In this document: one piece after another, positions 18,580 to 28,316 of the stretch
Layout of the letters: every line of letters starts with the position of its first letter
How positions within the stretch are numbered: position 1 is the stretch's first letter
Assembly: GCA_963823105.1 (NCBI GenBank)
Contig: CAWGKC010000003.1
Location: 119,965 to 183,964 of the forward strand
Length of the DNA stretch: 64,000 nt
Direction of reading: 5' to 3'
DNA from: an uncultured Acidobacteriota bacterium
GTDB taxonomy: Bacteria; Acidobacteriota; Terriglobia; Bryobacterales; Bryobacteraceae
Made by a program: the position numbers and the translations under genes
Notes under the pieces: generated by a model
What the model was told of the DNA's origin: nothing
What the model saw: only the letters and a program-made list of their open reading frames with translations
Database searches by the model: none

Positions 18580-21024
18580 ATGGCGGCAAAACGAAATTTA
18601 GTGGTAATCGGCAATGGCATGGCCGGCGCGAGGACGGTGGAAGAGATCCTCTCCCGCGGCGGCGGCGATCTGTTCAACATCACCATTTTCGGCGACGAGC
18701 CTTACGGGAACTACAACCGCATTCTGTTGTCCAACGTCTTGAATGGCTCCCAGGAGGAGAGCGAGATCTTCCTCAACCCGCTCGCCTGGTACGCCGACAA
18801 CTGGATCACTCTCCACTCTGGCGTCCGCGCCGAATCGATCCTGCGCCGCGCCAAATGCGTCCTCGGCGAGGACGGCAGAATGGAGTCGTACGACAAGCTC
18901 ATCGTCGCCACCGGCAGCCGGGCGTTCATCCCCCCGATCGAAGGACTGACCATGCCCGACGGCGCTTACAAGCCCGGCGTTTTCGTCTTCCGCACCATCG
19001 ACGATTGCCGCGAGATCGCCGAGTTCGCCCGCAGCGGCAAGCGCGCCGCGGTCATCGGCGGCGGCCTGCTCGGCCTCGAAGCCGCGCGTGGCCTGCAAAA
19101 CTTCGGCGTCGAAGTGACCGTCCTGCATCTGGGCAATCACCTCATGGACCAGCAATTGGACCCGCAGGCCGGCGCCATTTTGAAGTCCAACATCGAATCC
19201 ATGGGCATGCGTGTTCTCCTCGGATCGAACACCCGCAAAGTGGTGGGCGACGATTGCGTCACCGGTCTCGAATTGGCCGGCGGCCGGGCGCTCGAATTCG
19301 ACATCGTCGTCATCTGCGCCGGGATCAAGCCCAACTCGGAGATCGGCGCGCGATGCGGACTGACCGTCCAGCGAGCCCTCCTCGTGGACAACCAGATGCG
19401 CTCGGTCGACGACCCCGACGTGTATGTCGTCGGCGAGTGCGCGCAGCATCGCGGCCAGGTCTACGGTCTCGTCGCTCCCCTATGGGAGCAGGCCAAGGTG
19501 TTGGCCGATCACATCACCGGACGGAATCCCCTCGCCGCCTATCACGGCTCGAAACTGGCGACCAAGCTGAAGGTAATGGGCGTCGAAATGGCTTCGATGG
19601 GCATCACCGAACCCGCCGACGAGCGCGATGAAATCGTTCAGTTCACCGAGCCGAAAAAGGGAACCTATAAAAAACTGATCATCCGCGACGGCCGCCTCAT
19701 GGGCGCCATTCTCCTCGGCGACATCAGCAAAGCCGCTTATTTAATGCAGGCCTTCGACCGCGGAACGCCGCTGCCCGAAGAGCGCCTGACCCTTCTGTTC
19801 GACATCGGCGCGCCATCGAAAAAGATAACGATCGAGGAAATGGCCGCCGAGGCCCAGGTGTGCAATTGCAACGGCGTCAGCAAGGGCGCGATCGTCGCCT
19901 GCGTCCAAAAGGGCCGGCGGAATCCGAAGGCGGTCATGGAGGCGACCCGCGGAGGAATGGGCTGCGGCTCCTGTAAGGCTCTCATCTCCGAGATCGTCGA
20001 ATACGCCTGCGGCGGCGAAGTGGAAGAGGATCCGTCGGTGCATTATTACGTGCCCGGCGTCCCCTTGACCAAGCCCGAACTCATCCGCGCCTGCAAGGAA
20101 CGGAATCTGAAATCGGTGTCGGCGGTCTTTGCCGCCCTGGCCGATGGTAAAGAGGACCCCGGCAGCAAGCCCGGCCTGGCGTCGCTGTTGAATACGATCT
20201 GGAAGAGCGAATACGAGGACGAACGCGACGCGCGATTCATCAACGATCGCGTCCACGCCAACATCCAGAAGGACGGAACCTTTTCCGTCATTCCGCAGAT
20301 CGCCGGCGGCGTCACTTCGCCCGATCAGTTGCGGCGCATCGCCGACGTCGCCGACAAATACCGCGTCCCGATGGTGAAGCTGACCGGCGGCCAAAGAATC
20401 GATCTGCTCGGCGTGAAGAAGGACGACCTTCCAAAAATGTGGGCCGATCTCGACATGCCCTCCGGCTTCGCCTACGCCAAACGCTATCGCACTTGCAAGA
20501 GCTGCGTCGGCACCGAATTCTGCCGCTTCGGCGTGGGCGACAGCACGACGCTCGCGATCCAAATCGAGCGACGGTTCCAAGGCATCGACAGTCCGGCGAA
20601 ATTGAAGCTCGGAACCGCCGGCTGCCCGCGCAATTGCTCGGAGGCCATGGTGAAGGATATCGGCGCCGTCGCCGTCGAAGGCGGCAAGTGGGAGGTCTAT
20701 GTCGGGGGCGCCGCCGGCGCTCACGTCCGCAAAGGCGATATCCTGTGCGTCGTGGACACACACGAGGAAGTGATCCGCGTCATGGGCCGCTTCATCCAGT
20801 ATTACCGCAACAACGCGAAGTACCTGGAACGCACCTACGCATTCGTTCCGAGGCTCGGCATCGAAAAGATCCGCTCCGTAATCGTCGACGACAGCGAGGG
20901 AATAGCCTTCTCGCTCGACGAAGAACTCCGCGAATCGATCGAGGCCTATCGCGATCCGTGGAAGGAAGCCTTCGCTCCCGCGACGCCGAACCAGTTCGCC
21001 GCCCTTCTACCGGTGATTCAGTGA
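18580..21024 (+). CDS. nirB: NAD(P)H-dependent assimilatory nitrite reductase large subunit
   Basis: VVIGNGMAG FAD/NAD fold, BFD-like 2Fe-2S CNCNGVSKGAI...CGSCK, and the siroheme/4Fe-4S region CKSCVGTEFCRFG...TAGCPRNC. Confidence 0.92.
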   Translation: MAAKRNLVVIGNGMAGARTVEEILSRGGGDLFNITIFGDEPYGNYNRILLSNVLNGSQEESEIFLNPLAWYADNWITLHSGVRAESILRRAKCVLGEDGRMESYDKLIVATGSRAFIPPIEGLTMPDGAYKPGVFVFRTIDDCREIAEFARSGKRAAVIGGGLLGLEAARGLQNFGVEVTVLHLGNHLMDQQLDPQAGAILKSNIESMGMRVLLGSNTRKVVGDDCVTGLELAGGRALEFDIVVICAGIKPNSEIGARCGLTVQRALLVDNQMRSVDDPDVYVVGECAQHRGQVYGLVAPLWEQAKVLADHITGRNPLAAYHGSKLATKLKVMGVEMASMGITEPADERDEIVQFTEPKKGTYKKLIIRDGRLMGAILLGDISKAAYLMQAFDRGTPLPEERLTLLFDIGAPSKKITIEEMAAEAQVCNCNGVSKGAIVACVQKGRRNPKAVMEATRGGMGCGSCKALISEIVEYACGGEVEEDPSVHYYVPGVPLTKPELIRACKERNLKSVSAVFAALADGKEDPGSKPGLASLLNTIWKSEYEDERDARFINDRVHANIQKDGTFSVIPQIAGGVTSPDQLRRIADVADKYRVPMVKLTGGQRIDLLGVKKDDLPKMWADLDMPSGFAYAKRYRTCKSCVGTEFCRFGVGDSTTLAIQIERRFQGIDSPAKLKLGTAGCPRNCSEAMVKDIGAVAVEGGKWEVYVGGAAGAHVRKGDILCVVDTHEEVIRVMGRFIQYYRNNAKYLERTYAFVPRLGIEKIRSVIVDDSEGIAFSLDEELRESIEAYRDPWKEAFAPATPNQFAALLPVIQ

Positions 21025-21341
21025 CCGGGGCTGCTTTGGAAATCGTTCTTGGGCCGCTTGACGCAATCCCTCCGGGCGAGGGCCGCGCCTACGACGCCGC
21101 CGGCGTTCGAGTGGCCGTCTTCCACACCCGCGATGGGCGCGTATTCGCCGTGCAGGCCGAGTGTCCCCACCGCGGCGGACCGCTCGCCGACGGCTTGATC
21201 GGAGGCGGGACTTTGATCTGTCCGCTCCACTCCTGGAAATTCGACCTTGAATCCGGAGCGGCGCTCACCGGCGAGTGTGGACTCAAAACTTATCCCGCGC
21301 GCGTGAACGGCGCCGGCTGGATCGTCCTTGCCCTGAGTTAG
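21021..21341 (+). CDS. nirD: Nitrite reductase small subunit (Rieske-fold NirD)
   Basis: GTG 21021 overlaps the nirB TGA (GTGA). AVFHTRDGRVFAVQAECPHRGGPLADG...LICPLHSWKFDLESG is the NirD pattern. Confidence 0.85.
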   Translation: MTGAALEIVLGPLDAIPPGEGRAYDAAGVRVAVFHTRDGRVFAVQAECPHRGGPLADGLIGGGTLICPLHSWKFDLESGAALTGECGLKTYPARVNGAGWIVLALS

Positions 21342-21369
21342 CGGGCGCGTTTGTTATCCTGACAGATGG

Positions 21370-22785
21370 GTGTTTAGCGGGCACTATCGTAAAGTAAAGC
21401 TGCTGTTCGGCTCCTCCGACGTGGTTCTGATCGCCTTGGCCTTCGAGGCCGCCTATCAGACGCGCCTCCGTCTTCACCTGGAGCACCTCTTCTATATCGA
21501 CCGCCCCGCCATGGCGTTCCTTCTTGGCGCCGCCATCGTTTGCTGGCTGGCCACCGGCTACTGGTTTAATGTTTACGAAAACCTGGACTCCGCCCATCCC
21601 CAAATGGTGTTGCGCAACACCTTCCGCCAGTGTCTTTTGGGCGCCTCCGCGCTCGTACTTATCGAGTATCTCGCCCGCCTCGATTTGAGCCGCCCCTTCG
21701 TGGCGATGTTCACCGCATACAGTTGGATTCTGCTGTGCCTGTTTCGCCTCAACGCCGGGCATGTTTTGGGCGCCATCCGCCGCGAGTTCGGCGCCCCGCG
21801 TTTTGTCATGGTCGTCGGCGGCGGCGAGCGGGCCATGCGTTTGGCCCGTTCCCTTGAGCGCTCCGCCGAATACGGCATACGGCTCACGGGGTTTGTCGCC
21901 GACGGCGACGATCCGCCGGCAACCTCCGCCGGCCTCGCCCGAGACTACCCCACGTACCGGCTATCGGAGCTCCCCGATCTGCTCCGCCGCCACGTGATCG
22001 ACGAAATTATTTTCGCGGTCGACAGCCAGCGCCTCGCCGATCTCGAAGACGTCTTTTTGTTATGCGACGAGCAGGGCGTGCGCACCAGAGTCGTCGTCGA
22101 TTTTTTCCCTCACGGCAATAGCGATGTGTATTTGGACCGTCTCGGCAACACCCCTTTGCTGACCTTCGCCGCCGCCCCGCACGACGATCTACGCCTCATG
22201 GTCAAGCGCGCCACCGATTTCGCGCTCGCCGCCGCGGCGTTGATCCTTCTGGCGCCCGTGATGATCGCCATCGTCGTCTTAATCCGCCTGACTTCGCCCG
22301 GGCCGGCCATCTTCCGGCAGGAACGCTGCGGCTTGAACGGCCGCCGTTTCGTTTTTTACAAGTTCCGCTCCATGTGCGAAAACGCCGAGGAGATGAAAGC
22401 CGCCCTGGAGCACCTGAACCGGAAGACCACCGCGTTCAAAATTCCGGACGACCCGCGTCTCACCGGCATCGGCAAATTACTGCGGAAGTTTTCGGTCGAC
22501 GAGTGGCCCCAGCTTTGGAACGTATTGCGAGGCGACATGTCCCTGGTCGGTCCGCGGCCCGCGGTGCCCGAGGAAGTCACCCGCTACGCCGGCTGGCAGC
22601 GGCGCCGCCTTCGAATGCGGCCGGGATTGACTTGTCTTTGGGCGGTCGCCGGACGCGACACTTTGGACTTCGACACGTGGATGAAGTTGGACATGCAATA
22701 CATCGACAACTGGTCGCTCGCCCTCGATTGGAAGATTATTTTTCGAACGATTCCCAAAGTCATTTTGGGCAAAGGAGCTCACTGA
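21370..22785 (+). CDS. Polyprenyl-phosphate glycosyl-1-phosphate transferase (WbaP/exopolysaccharide priming enzyme type)
   Basis: N-terminal TM block plus the C-terminal bacterial sugar-transferase domain (FRQERCGLNGRRFVFYKFRSM, DPRLTGIGKLLRKFSVDEWPQLWNVLRGDMSLVGPRP). Confidence 0.85.
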   Translation: MFSGHYRKVKLLFGSSDVVLIALAFEAAYQTRLRLHLEHLFYIDRPAMAFLLGAAIVCWLATGYWFNVYENLDSAHPQMVLRNTFRQCLLGASALVLIEYLARLDLSRPFVAMFTAYSWILLCLFRLNAGHVLGAIRREFGAPRFVMVVGGGERAMRLARSLERSAEYGIRLTGFVADGDDPPATSAGLARDYPTYRLSELPDLLRRHVIDEIIFAVDSQRLADLEDVFLLCDEQGVRTRVVVDFFPHGNSDVYLDRLGNTPLLTFAAAPHDDLRLMVKRATDFALAAAALILLAPVMIAIVVLIRLTSPGPAIFRQERCGLNGRRFVFYKFRSMCENAEEMKAALEHLNRKTTAFKIPDDPRLTGIGKLLRKFSVDEWPQLWNVLRGDMSLVGPRPAVPEEVTRYAGWQRRRLRMRPGLTCLWAVAGRDTLDFDTWMKLDMQYIDNWSLALDWKIIFRTIPKVILGKGAH

Positions 22786-22790
22786 GATTT

Positions 22791-23405
22791 ATGCATTTCG
22801 TCCCGACACACGAGGAAATCGTCGGCCTGCTGCGTCAAACAGGGGCGCTGCGCGAAGGACACTTCGAATATCCCAACGGGCTTCACGCGAACGAGTATCT
22901 GCAGGTTGCGCTGGCGATGCGCTACTATCAGCACGCCAAAACCATGAGCGTCGCCCTCAGCCGCCTGGTTCGCGCCAATACCGAAATCCGCGCCATCATT
23001 CCGGAGCTCTCCATCGTCGCTCCGGGCACCGGCGGCCTGCCGGTCGCCTACGGCGTTTGCGAGGCCCTGCGCGCCCACCAGGTTTATTGGGCCGAACGCG
23101 AGGACGAGACCGAGCCCCTGCGCTTTCGCCAATACTTCGAAATGATGCCCGGAGAGAAGGTGCTATTGGTGGACGATATCCTTCGCTCCGGCCGTCAGCT
23201 TACCGAACTGAAAGCGTTGGTGGAATCGAAAGGCGGTCAGGTCGTGGGTCTGGCGGTGATCGTTTATCAGGACACGCCGCGAACGTTGAAATTCGATCCG
23301 TTGCCGTTTTATCGCCTGGTTAAACTGGACGCGACTTATTATAAGGACGCCGCGTCGTGCGATCTTTGCAAGCGGGACGTGCCCGTGGAAAAGGTGTGGA
23401 TCTAA
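22791..23405 (+). CDS. Phosphoribosyltransferase-family protein (orotate PRTase-like)
   Basis: PRPP-binding loop KVLLVDDILRSGRQL. HFEYPNGLHANEYL resembles the PyrE-like N-terminus. Substrate unknown. Confidence 0.65.
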   Translation: MHFVPTHEEIVGLLRQTGALREGHFEYPNGLHANEYLQVALAMRYYQHAKTMSVALSRLVRANTEIRAIIPELSIVAPGTGGLPVAYGVCEALRAHQVYWAEREDETEPLRFRQYFEMMPGEKVLLVDDILRSGRQLTELKALVESKGGQVVGLAVIVYQDTPRTLKFDPLPFYRLVKLDATYYKDAASCDLCKRDVPVEKVWI

Positions 23406-24058
23406 AATACGTAAGCGATTCCGAACGTCGGCACAAACTGCTGTAACCAACCTCCGACGCGAGCGCCCTGCGCCGGAGCGATCACGTTCTTCGGGAACGG
23501 TGTCAGATAGTCGTGAACTTCCACGCGCAACTGCAAATGATCGGACATGTTGAACTTGATTCCCGCGCCGGCGGAAATGAGCGCCATCGTTTGTGAGGTT
23601 TTGGTAAGCAGCGCGATCTGCTCGAGAGGCTGGTAGGCCTGCTCCGTTCCCGTTCCCGAGTAAATCTTGGCCCCGCCGCCGAACGCCACATACGGCCGGA
23701 CTCGCGACGCGCGCGGGCTGAAATGAATCAGGAAGTCATAGTGGAACGCCTGGGACCGCGCGGCGAAAGACGCCGGGCCGCCGTTGCCCGTAAGCGACAG
23801 GTTTCCTCCCGTGTAATCGTAGCGGAACTCGCCGCCGAGAAGATTTCCCGAATTGTTCCCCAACCATGCGCTCGCCGCCAGACCGGTGGCGATGCTGGCG
23901 TCCGCGTTGCCGGAGGGAGATTGAACCGATTGGCTCGTGTAGAAACTGCCTCCCGCCGCGCCGCCGATCTCCCACTTCTGCGCGACGGCCGAAGGGGCGA
24001 GGGCGATTGACAAACCGGCCAAAAGGACATGCAAACGCTTCGTCTTATTGATTTTCAA
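23402..24058 (-). CDS. Small outer-membrane beta-barrel protein
   Basis: Signal peptide MKINKTKRLHVLLAGLSIALAPSAVAQ, alternating beta-strand pattern and a C-terminal aromatic terminus ...GIAYVF. TTG start overlaps the upstream gene's TGA (TTGA). Confidence 0.7.
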   Translation of the reverse strand: MKINKTKRLHVLLAGLSIALAPSAVAQKWEIGGAAGGSFYTSQSVQSPSGNADASIATGLAASAWLGNNSGNLLGGEFRYDYTGGNLSLTGNGGPASFAARSQAFHYDFLIHFSPRASRVRPYVAFGGGAKIYSGTGTEQAYQPLEQIALLTKTSQTMALISAGAGIKFNMSDHLQLRVEVHDYLTPFPKNVIAPAQGARVGGWLQQFVPTFGIAYVF

Positions 24059-27000
24059 TTGATGACCCGCACATTGATACTCGTGGAAGCCCCAGCTTGG
24101 CTGATGGACAGAGGAATCTCCATTCCTTGGGGCACGCCCTTGGGAATCGAGACGTTGATTTGATACACTCCGACCTCGCCGGGCGCGAGTCCGGAAAACA
24201 GGACGGGCAAGGACGCTCCTCCCAGAGTCACCATGGGCTGGTCGAGCGTTTGGGCCAGCGGGTTCGACGGCGCGGGCTGGCCGGTGGCAACCGGCGGGAA
24301 CGTCGCACCCATGCCTGTGAGGTAAATGATCAGGACGTCCCCGATGTGGACCGGATCGGCCGCGGTTACCAGTTTGCCGTTGGAGTTTCGAATCACTGCG
24401 GGAATGTTGGCGATCGGACCGGCCGCGCCCGTGCGGAAGACGCTCGGGGCGCCGGGGAGAATTTGCAGGTTGTAATTGCCGCTCACGCCTCCCGGCGTGT
24501 GCAGGATCAGCGTCACGTCGCCGACCGCCTCAAAAGGCATCTGGGCGTTGATTTGCGACGGGGACACAAATAGCACCGGCATCGCCAGGCCATTCACGGT
24601 AAGGCAGCTTCCGGCGACGGCGGTCGGGACCGGTATTTCGCTCGAGGTGTCGTTCACGGGGCTCAGATTCTGTCCGAAGATCGACACCAAACCTCCCGGC
24701 GCGATTCCCGGCGTATCGTCGGCGGCGTTGACCACGCTCTCGATTTGCGGAGGGGCGCTAGCGGCATCGTAATTCCAGGGTAAGACGGTAAAGCCCGACA
24801 CCGACAGACTGATGATCGCCTGCTGGTTCGCGAGCGGAGCGAGGGTACGGCTAAAAACGCTCGGGAAGATGGGGCTGGCGCCGCCAAGTAGAGGCGCCTC
24901 GGCCAACTGCGTCGCCGACGCGACGGGGTTGCCGCCATTCGTCAGATTCAGCCGCTCCGCGACCCCAGGCGCCGAACTAGGCGTGGACGTCGTTGGCGTT
25001 GAGGGTGGTGTCGTGGTGGAACCGCCCGAACCGGAAGTACCCGTGGAAGCCGGGATCAGCGCCGGAACCGTGGTGCGGAACGCCGCCTGGTTCACAAAGG
25101 CAAAACCGGATGAGGCGCCGGTGGCCGTCTCCAATTGCTGTACCGGAACGAGGGAGGCGTCGAGTAAATTGTTGCCCGCCGCGAATTGCTGATAATTTGA
25201 GGCGGCGTAAGCCCCGCTCAACGACGGGAAGTCCTTTCGCGAGGCGACAAAAGTATCCTGGTTCGCATCGTAGAGCATCGTCGAGCCGTCGGCCTCGGCG
25301 ATCAGAATCGAAGAGCCGTTGGGGGAAGCGGCCAGAACCGTATCTTTATTGACCAGGTTTTGGAAAACCCCAAGCGAAAGCGGCGCGGAACCGCTCCTTG
25401 TAGGAAGATCCAGACTCACGATATGGTAGGTCCCATCGTAGTAAAGCGCCGAGGCGAGAATCCGCCGCGTGGAACTGGCTATGGAGATCGCCGAGTACCC
25501 GTTCGGCATCCGTATGGGCCTCGTGGGCTGGAGTGTCTCCAGGTCGAAAACACTCACCGTCTGCGCCTGTTCATTGGCCACCAGCAGATACCGCCTATCG
25601 AAAGTGATGGCCATCCCCGTAGGTACGTTTCCCGTCTCGAACGTGGCGATTTGGGAATATGTCGCTCCATCGAACACTAAAACTTGATCCGTATCCTGAC
25701 GCAATATATAAAAACGGTTGCGCGCCGGATCGGCGGCGATGTCGACGAGCGTTCCCGGGACGTCGACGATCAGTCCTCGCTGGCTCGGCTGCCGGCTGTT
25801 GACCAGCAACCGCACCGGCTGAACCGTGTTCACAGCTTGCTGCGACGTCAACTGTATCGAGGCCGTCACCGTCCCGTTCTGTCCTTGGAAAAGCGTGGGG
25901 TCTACGGTCACCTGAACTGTCGCCGGGGTCATCCCACTGGAAGGATTGATCGCGACGCCGGGCGTGGTAGACGAAATGGCGAAGGCCGTGTTCCCGCTGC
26001 CCGGATCGACGATCGACAGTGGCTGCGTCGCCACTTGCGGGCCGCAGATTTGTTCCTGGAATAGAAGATCGCGCTGCGTGGCGGCAACTCGCGCCTGTGC
26101 GTTCAATGCCCCTACCGGCAACACCGTCACTCCACTCTCGGATACCGAGTAAAGCGTGCTTCCATCGCTCGAAAGGACACTCTTTCCATCCAAGTTCTCA
26201 GCGAGTTGTAAGCGTTGAATCACGTTGAGATTGTCCTGATTGGCGATCAGAAATGTCGGGGCTTCGCCCACCACAGCCGGAATTTGAGCGTAGATTAATC
26301 CACGCGCCGAATCGAAGGCTGTCGTTCCGACGGCCGCTTCGTTGGCTTGGGGAGCGAAAAAGCTTAGAAACGTGCCCTGATTGTCCAGCAAAATCCATCC
26401 CGCCAGAAAACGAGTCCCGTCTTGATTCACGCTTACGACGCGCGGCCCGAGCGTTCCGGAACTGAGAACGATTCCCCCCGGCATCAATTCCTTGCCGTTC
26501 ACTTCATAGCGGAACGTGAACGTGCTCGTCGATCCGCCCATGCCATAAATCGTCAGCCCGTCGCCGGAAACGGCGATCGAGGCGTTCGTGATCGACGGCG
26601 GCAGGTTGGCCGGTGGAACTGGAAGCGTTTGGTTCACCAAGCCCGTGATCGTGCCGATCTGCTGGATCGTTCCCGCCAGCGGATTAAACAGCAGAAACGT
26701 CGTCGCCGTCACGATTAATGCGTTCCCGTCCGCGCCGAAGGCCACACCCAGCGGCGAATCGCCCAGCGTGAGTGTCTGCGCCGCTTGGGTCGTGAGATCG
26801 ACGATGGTCAATGCGTTCGAAGGCGATTGCGGAGTCGCGAAGTTGCCGTAGTTAGTAGCCAATAAGAAGCGTCCGTCCGGAGATATCGCCAGTGAACTCG
26901 GTGGCCCCGCCACGGGAATCGAGGACTGCAGCGTATTGGTACCCAGTTGCATCACGTCGATTTGATTCCCCGTGAAATTGGCGATATAGAGTACGTTGCG

Positions 27001-27129
27001 AACCGGATCAAGCGCCAGATCCGACGCTTGGCCGCCGATGGGAACCACCGTCCCGAACGTGCCCCCATACATGGCCTCGGCCATCAATGCCACCGCCGCG
27101 AATTTCCATACGATCGAACAACTACGCAT
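24055..27129 (-). CDS. Secreted 1024-aa protein: two YVTN/lactonase-like beta-propeller regions, Thr/Ser/Pro linker, and a C-terminal Solibacter-type (TIGR03437-like) Ig-like domain
   Basis: Signal-like N-terminus. Repeated propeller motifs (DLALDPVRNVLYIANFTGNQIDVM, ISPDGRFLLATN, ADPARNRFYILRQDTDQVLVFD). Linker STGTSGSGGSTTTPPSTPTTSTPSS. C-terminus SVVNAADDTPGIAPGGLVSIFGQNLS...LFVSPSQINAQMPFE...LFSGLAPGEVGVYQINVSIP. Confidence 0.8.
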   Translation of the reverse strand: MRSCSIVWKFAAVALMAEAMYGGTFGTVVPIGGQASDLALDPVRNVLYIANFTGNQIDVMQLGTNTLQSSIPVAGPPSSLAISPDGRFLLATNYGNFATPQSPSNALTIVDLTTQAAQTLTLGDSPLGVAFGADGNALIVTATTFLLFNPLAGTIQQIGTITGLVNQTLPVPPANLPPSITNASIAVSGDGLTIYGMGGSTSTFTFRYEVNGKELMPGGIVLSSGTLGPRVVSVNQDGTRFLAGWILLDNQGTFLSFFAPQANEAAVGTTAFDSARGLIYAQIPAVVGEAPTFLIANQDNLNVIQRLQLAENLDGKSVLSSDGSTLYSVSESGVTVLPVGALNAQARVAATQRDLLFQEQICGPQVATQPLSIVDPGSGNTAFAISSTTPGVAINPSSGMTPATVQVTVDPTLFQGQNGTVTASIQLTSQQAVNTVQPVRLLVNSRQPSQRGLIVDVPGTLVDIAADPARNRFYILRQDTDQVLVFDGATYSQIATFETGNVPTGMAITFDRRYLLVANEQAQTVSVFDLETLQPTRPIRMPNGYSAISIASSTRRILASALYYDGTYHIVSLDLPTRSGSAPLSLGVFQNLVNKDTVLAASPNGSSILIAEADGSTMLYDANQDTFVASRKDFPSLSGAYAASNYQQFAAGNNLLDASLVPVQQLETATGASSGFAFVNQAAFRTTVPALIPASTGTSGSGGSTTTPPSTPTTSTPSSAPGVAERLNLTNGGNPVASATQLAEAPLLGGASPIFPSVFSRTLAPLANQQAIISLSVSGFTVLPWNYDAASAPPQIESVVNAADDTPGIAPGGLVSIFGQNLSPVNDTSSEIPVPTAVAGSCLTVNGLAMPVLFVSPSQINAQMPFEAVGDVTLILHTPGGVSGNYNLQILPGAPSVFRTGAAGPIANIPAVIRNSNGKLVTAADPVHIGDVLIIYLTGMGATFPPVATGQPAPSNPLAQTLDQPMVTLGGASLPVLFSGLAPGEVGVYQINVSIPKGVPQGMEIPLSISQAGASTSINVRVIN

Positions 27130-27167
27130 AACTTCAGTCCCTCGCCTCTCTAATTCCTCTCCCTATT

Positions 27168-27190
27168 TCCCGCCTCGGCGTAGGCGGGGA
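27168..27190 (-). terminator. GC-rich stem-loop between the mini-ORF and the propeller gene (possible attenuator or weak terminator)
   Basis: CCCGCC (27169-74) and GGCGGG (27183-88) with an 8-nt loop. On the minus strand it is followed by AAATAGGGAGAGG, not a U-tract. Confidence 0.3.
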
Positions 27191-27227
27191 ACCGGATTTT
27201 AACGATTCCCCCGCCATCCCGGCGCCG

Positions 27228-27320
27228 TCACTCGGCATTCTTCTTGCGCCGTAAAACGATCAGCCCCACAAGCGCCGCGGCGGCCGCCGCGCAAATGATT
27301 CGAACCATTGAGGTATCCAT
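27228..27320 (-). CDS. Candidate 30-aa single-pass membrane mini-protein (below the ORF-track cutoff)
   Basis: My own translation of the minus strand gives ATG 27320, MDTSMVRIICAAAAAALVGLIVLRRKKNAE, TGA 27230-27228. GGAGAG lies 7-8 nt upstream of the ATG. The ORF sits 71 nt downstream of tadC and 98 nt upstream of the propeller gene. Confidence 0.4.
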   Translation of the reverse strand: MDTSMVRIICAAAAAALVGLIVLRRKKNAE

Positions 27321-27391
27321 TGTTTTCTCTCCTTTCTCCGTTTGGCCGGCGGACGGCGGCGGGCGCCGTCCTTCCGCTGGCCGCTGGCGTC

Positions 27392-28312
27392 TTACATTTG
27401 TGTCATCATCGGAATCAATTCCCGGACGATTCGCACCGCCACGGGTCCGACCGTCACTACAAACAGCGACGGCAATATGCAGAAAAAAATCGGGAAAACC
27501 AACTTGACGCCGAGCTTCGCCGCTTTTTCCTCGGCCGTCTGACGCGCCTGCACGCGCATGTATTCGGAATGTCCGCGCAGACTCTGGGCGACACCTGTGC
27601 CAAAACGGTCGGCCTGAATCAACACCGCAACCAGTTTCTTCAGGTCTTCGACACCGGAGCGATCCGCGAGGTTGCGAAGCGCCTCCGAACGGCGTTTCCC
27701 CGCCTTTAGTTCAAAGTTCACCGTGGCGAACTCCTGGCTGATTTCCGGGTGCGCCGCATCCAGTTCTTTCGCAACGTGAAGTATGGCCTGGTCGAGACCC
27801 AATCCGGATTCGACGCAAACGACCATCAGATCGAGTGCGTTGGCGAGTCCGCGTTGAATTTTGTGCTGCCGCCGTCTGGCCATCCGCAGAAGAAACTGGT
27901 TTGGGCCGATGAAGCCGAACAAAGCCGCGAACCCGGCGGCCGCGATCTTGTTGCCGGTGTCCATGTCGACGCCCGCGAGCCCCACGATCGTGGCCAGGGG
28001 AAGCGCCAGCCCGAAAAACGCCTTCGTGCCGTACAAGATCTTCAGCGAGTTCGGTCCGCGAAAACCCGCGCGGATCAATCGGCGCTGCATCAATTGGACA
28101 TCCTTCGGCGAGGCCGGCACTAAATTGCCGAGCTTCTGCGCCAAGTCCCTGAAGACCAGACTCGGATGCACCGGGGCCGGTTCCGCCGCCGCCGGCGCGC
28201 TTGCGCTAACGCGCTCCAAAATCTCCTTGGGCCGGACGTATAGCTTGAGGCCGGCCACCGAAAGTGTGACCACCAACAAGCCGAAGAGGAGGCCGCTAAG
28301 AAGCAGTTCCAT
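27392..28312 (-). CDS. tadC: Tad/Flp pilus inner-membrane platform protein TadC (T2SS-F family)
   Basis: T2SSF-domain pattern (LPNALDLMVVCVESGLGLDQAI, RFGTGVAQSLR) and position after tadB. Confidence 0.85.
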   Translation of the reverse strand: MELLLSGLLFGLLVVTLSVAGLKLYVRPKEILERVSASAPAAAEPAPVHPSLVFRDLAQKLGNLVPASPKDVQLMQRRLIRAGFRGPNSLKILYGTKAFFGLALPLATIVGLAGVDMDTGNKIAAAGFAALFGFIGPNQFLLRMARRRQHKIQRGLANALDLMVVCVESGLGLDQAILHVAKELDAAHPEISQEFATVNFELKAGKRRSEALRNLADRSGVEDLKKLVAVLIQADRFGTGVAQSLRGHSEYMRVQARQTAEEKAAKLGVKLVFPIFFCILPSLFVVTVGPVAVRIVRELIPMMTQM

Positions 28313-28316
28313 GTTT

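Noticed and set aside
27297-27306. GGTTCGAATC (tRNA T-loop-like string) on the minus strand.
   Set aside because: The flanking bases (AATGG / CATTT) cannot form a T-stem and no acceptor or anticodon arms are present. The string lies inside the mini-ORF (codons M-V-R-I). No tRNA is called anywhere in the window.
27228-27320. Could the 30-aa peptide be the missing Flp pilin?
   Set aside because: There is no leader ending in Gly, no xxxxEY motif and no acidic residue at mature position 5. The hydrophobic helix is followed by a basic tail instead. It does not fit the type IVc prepilin pattern.
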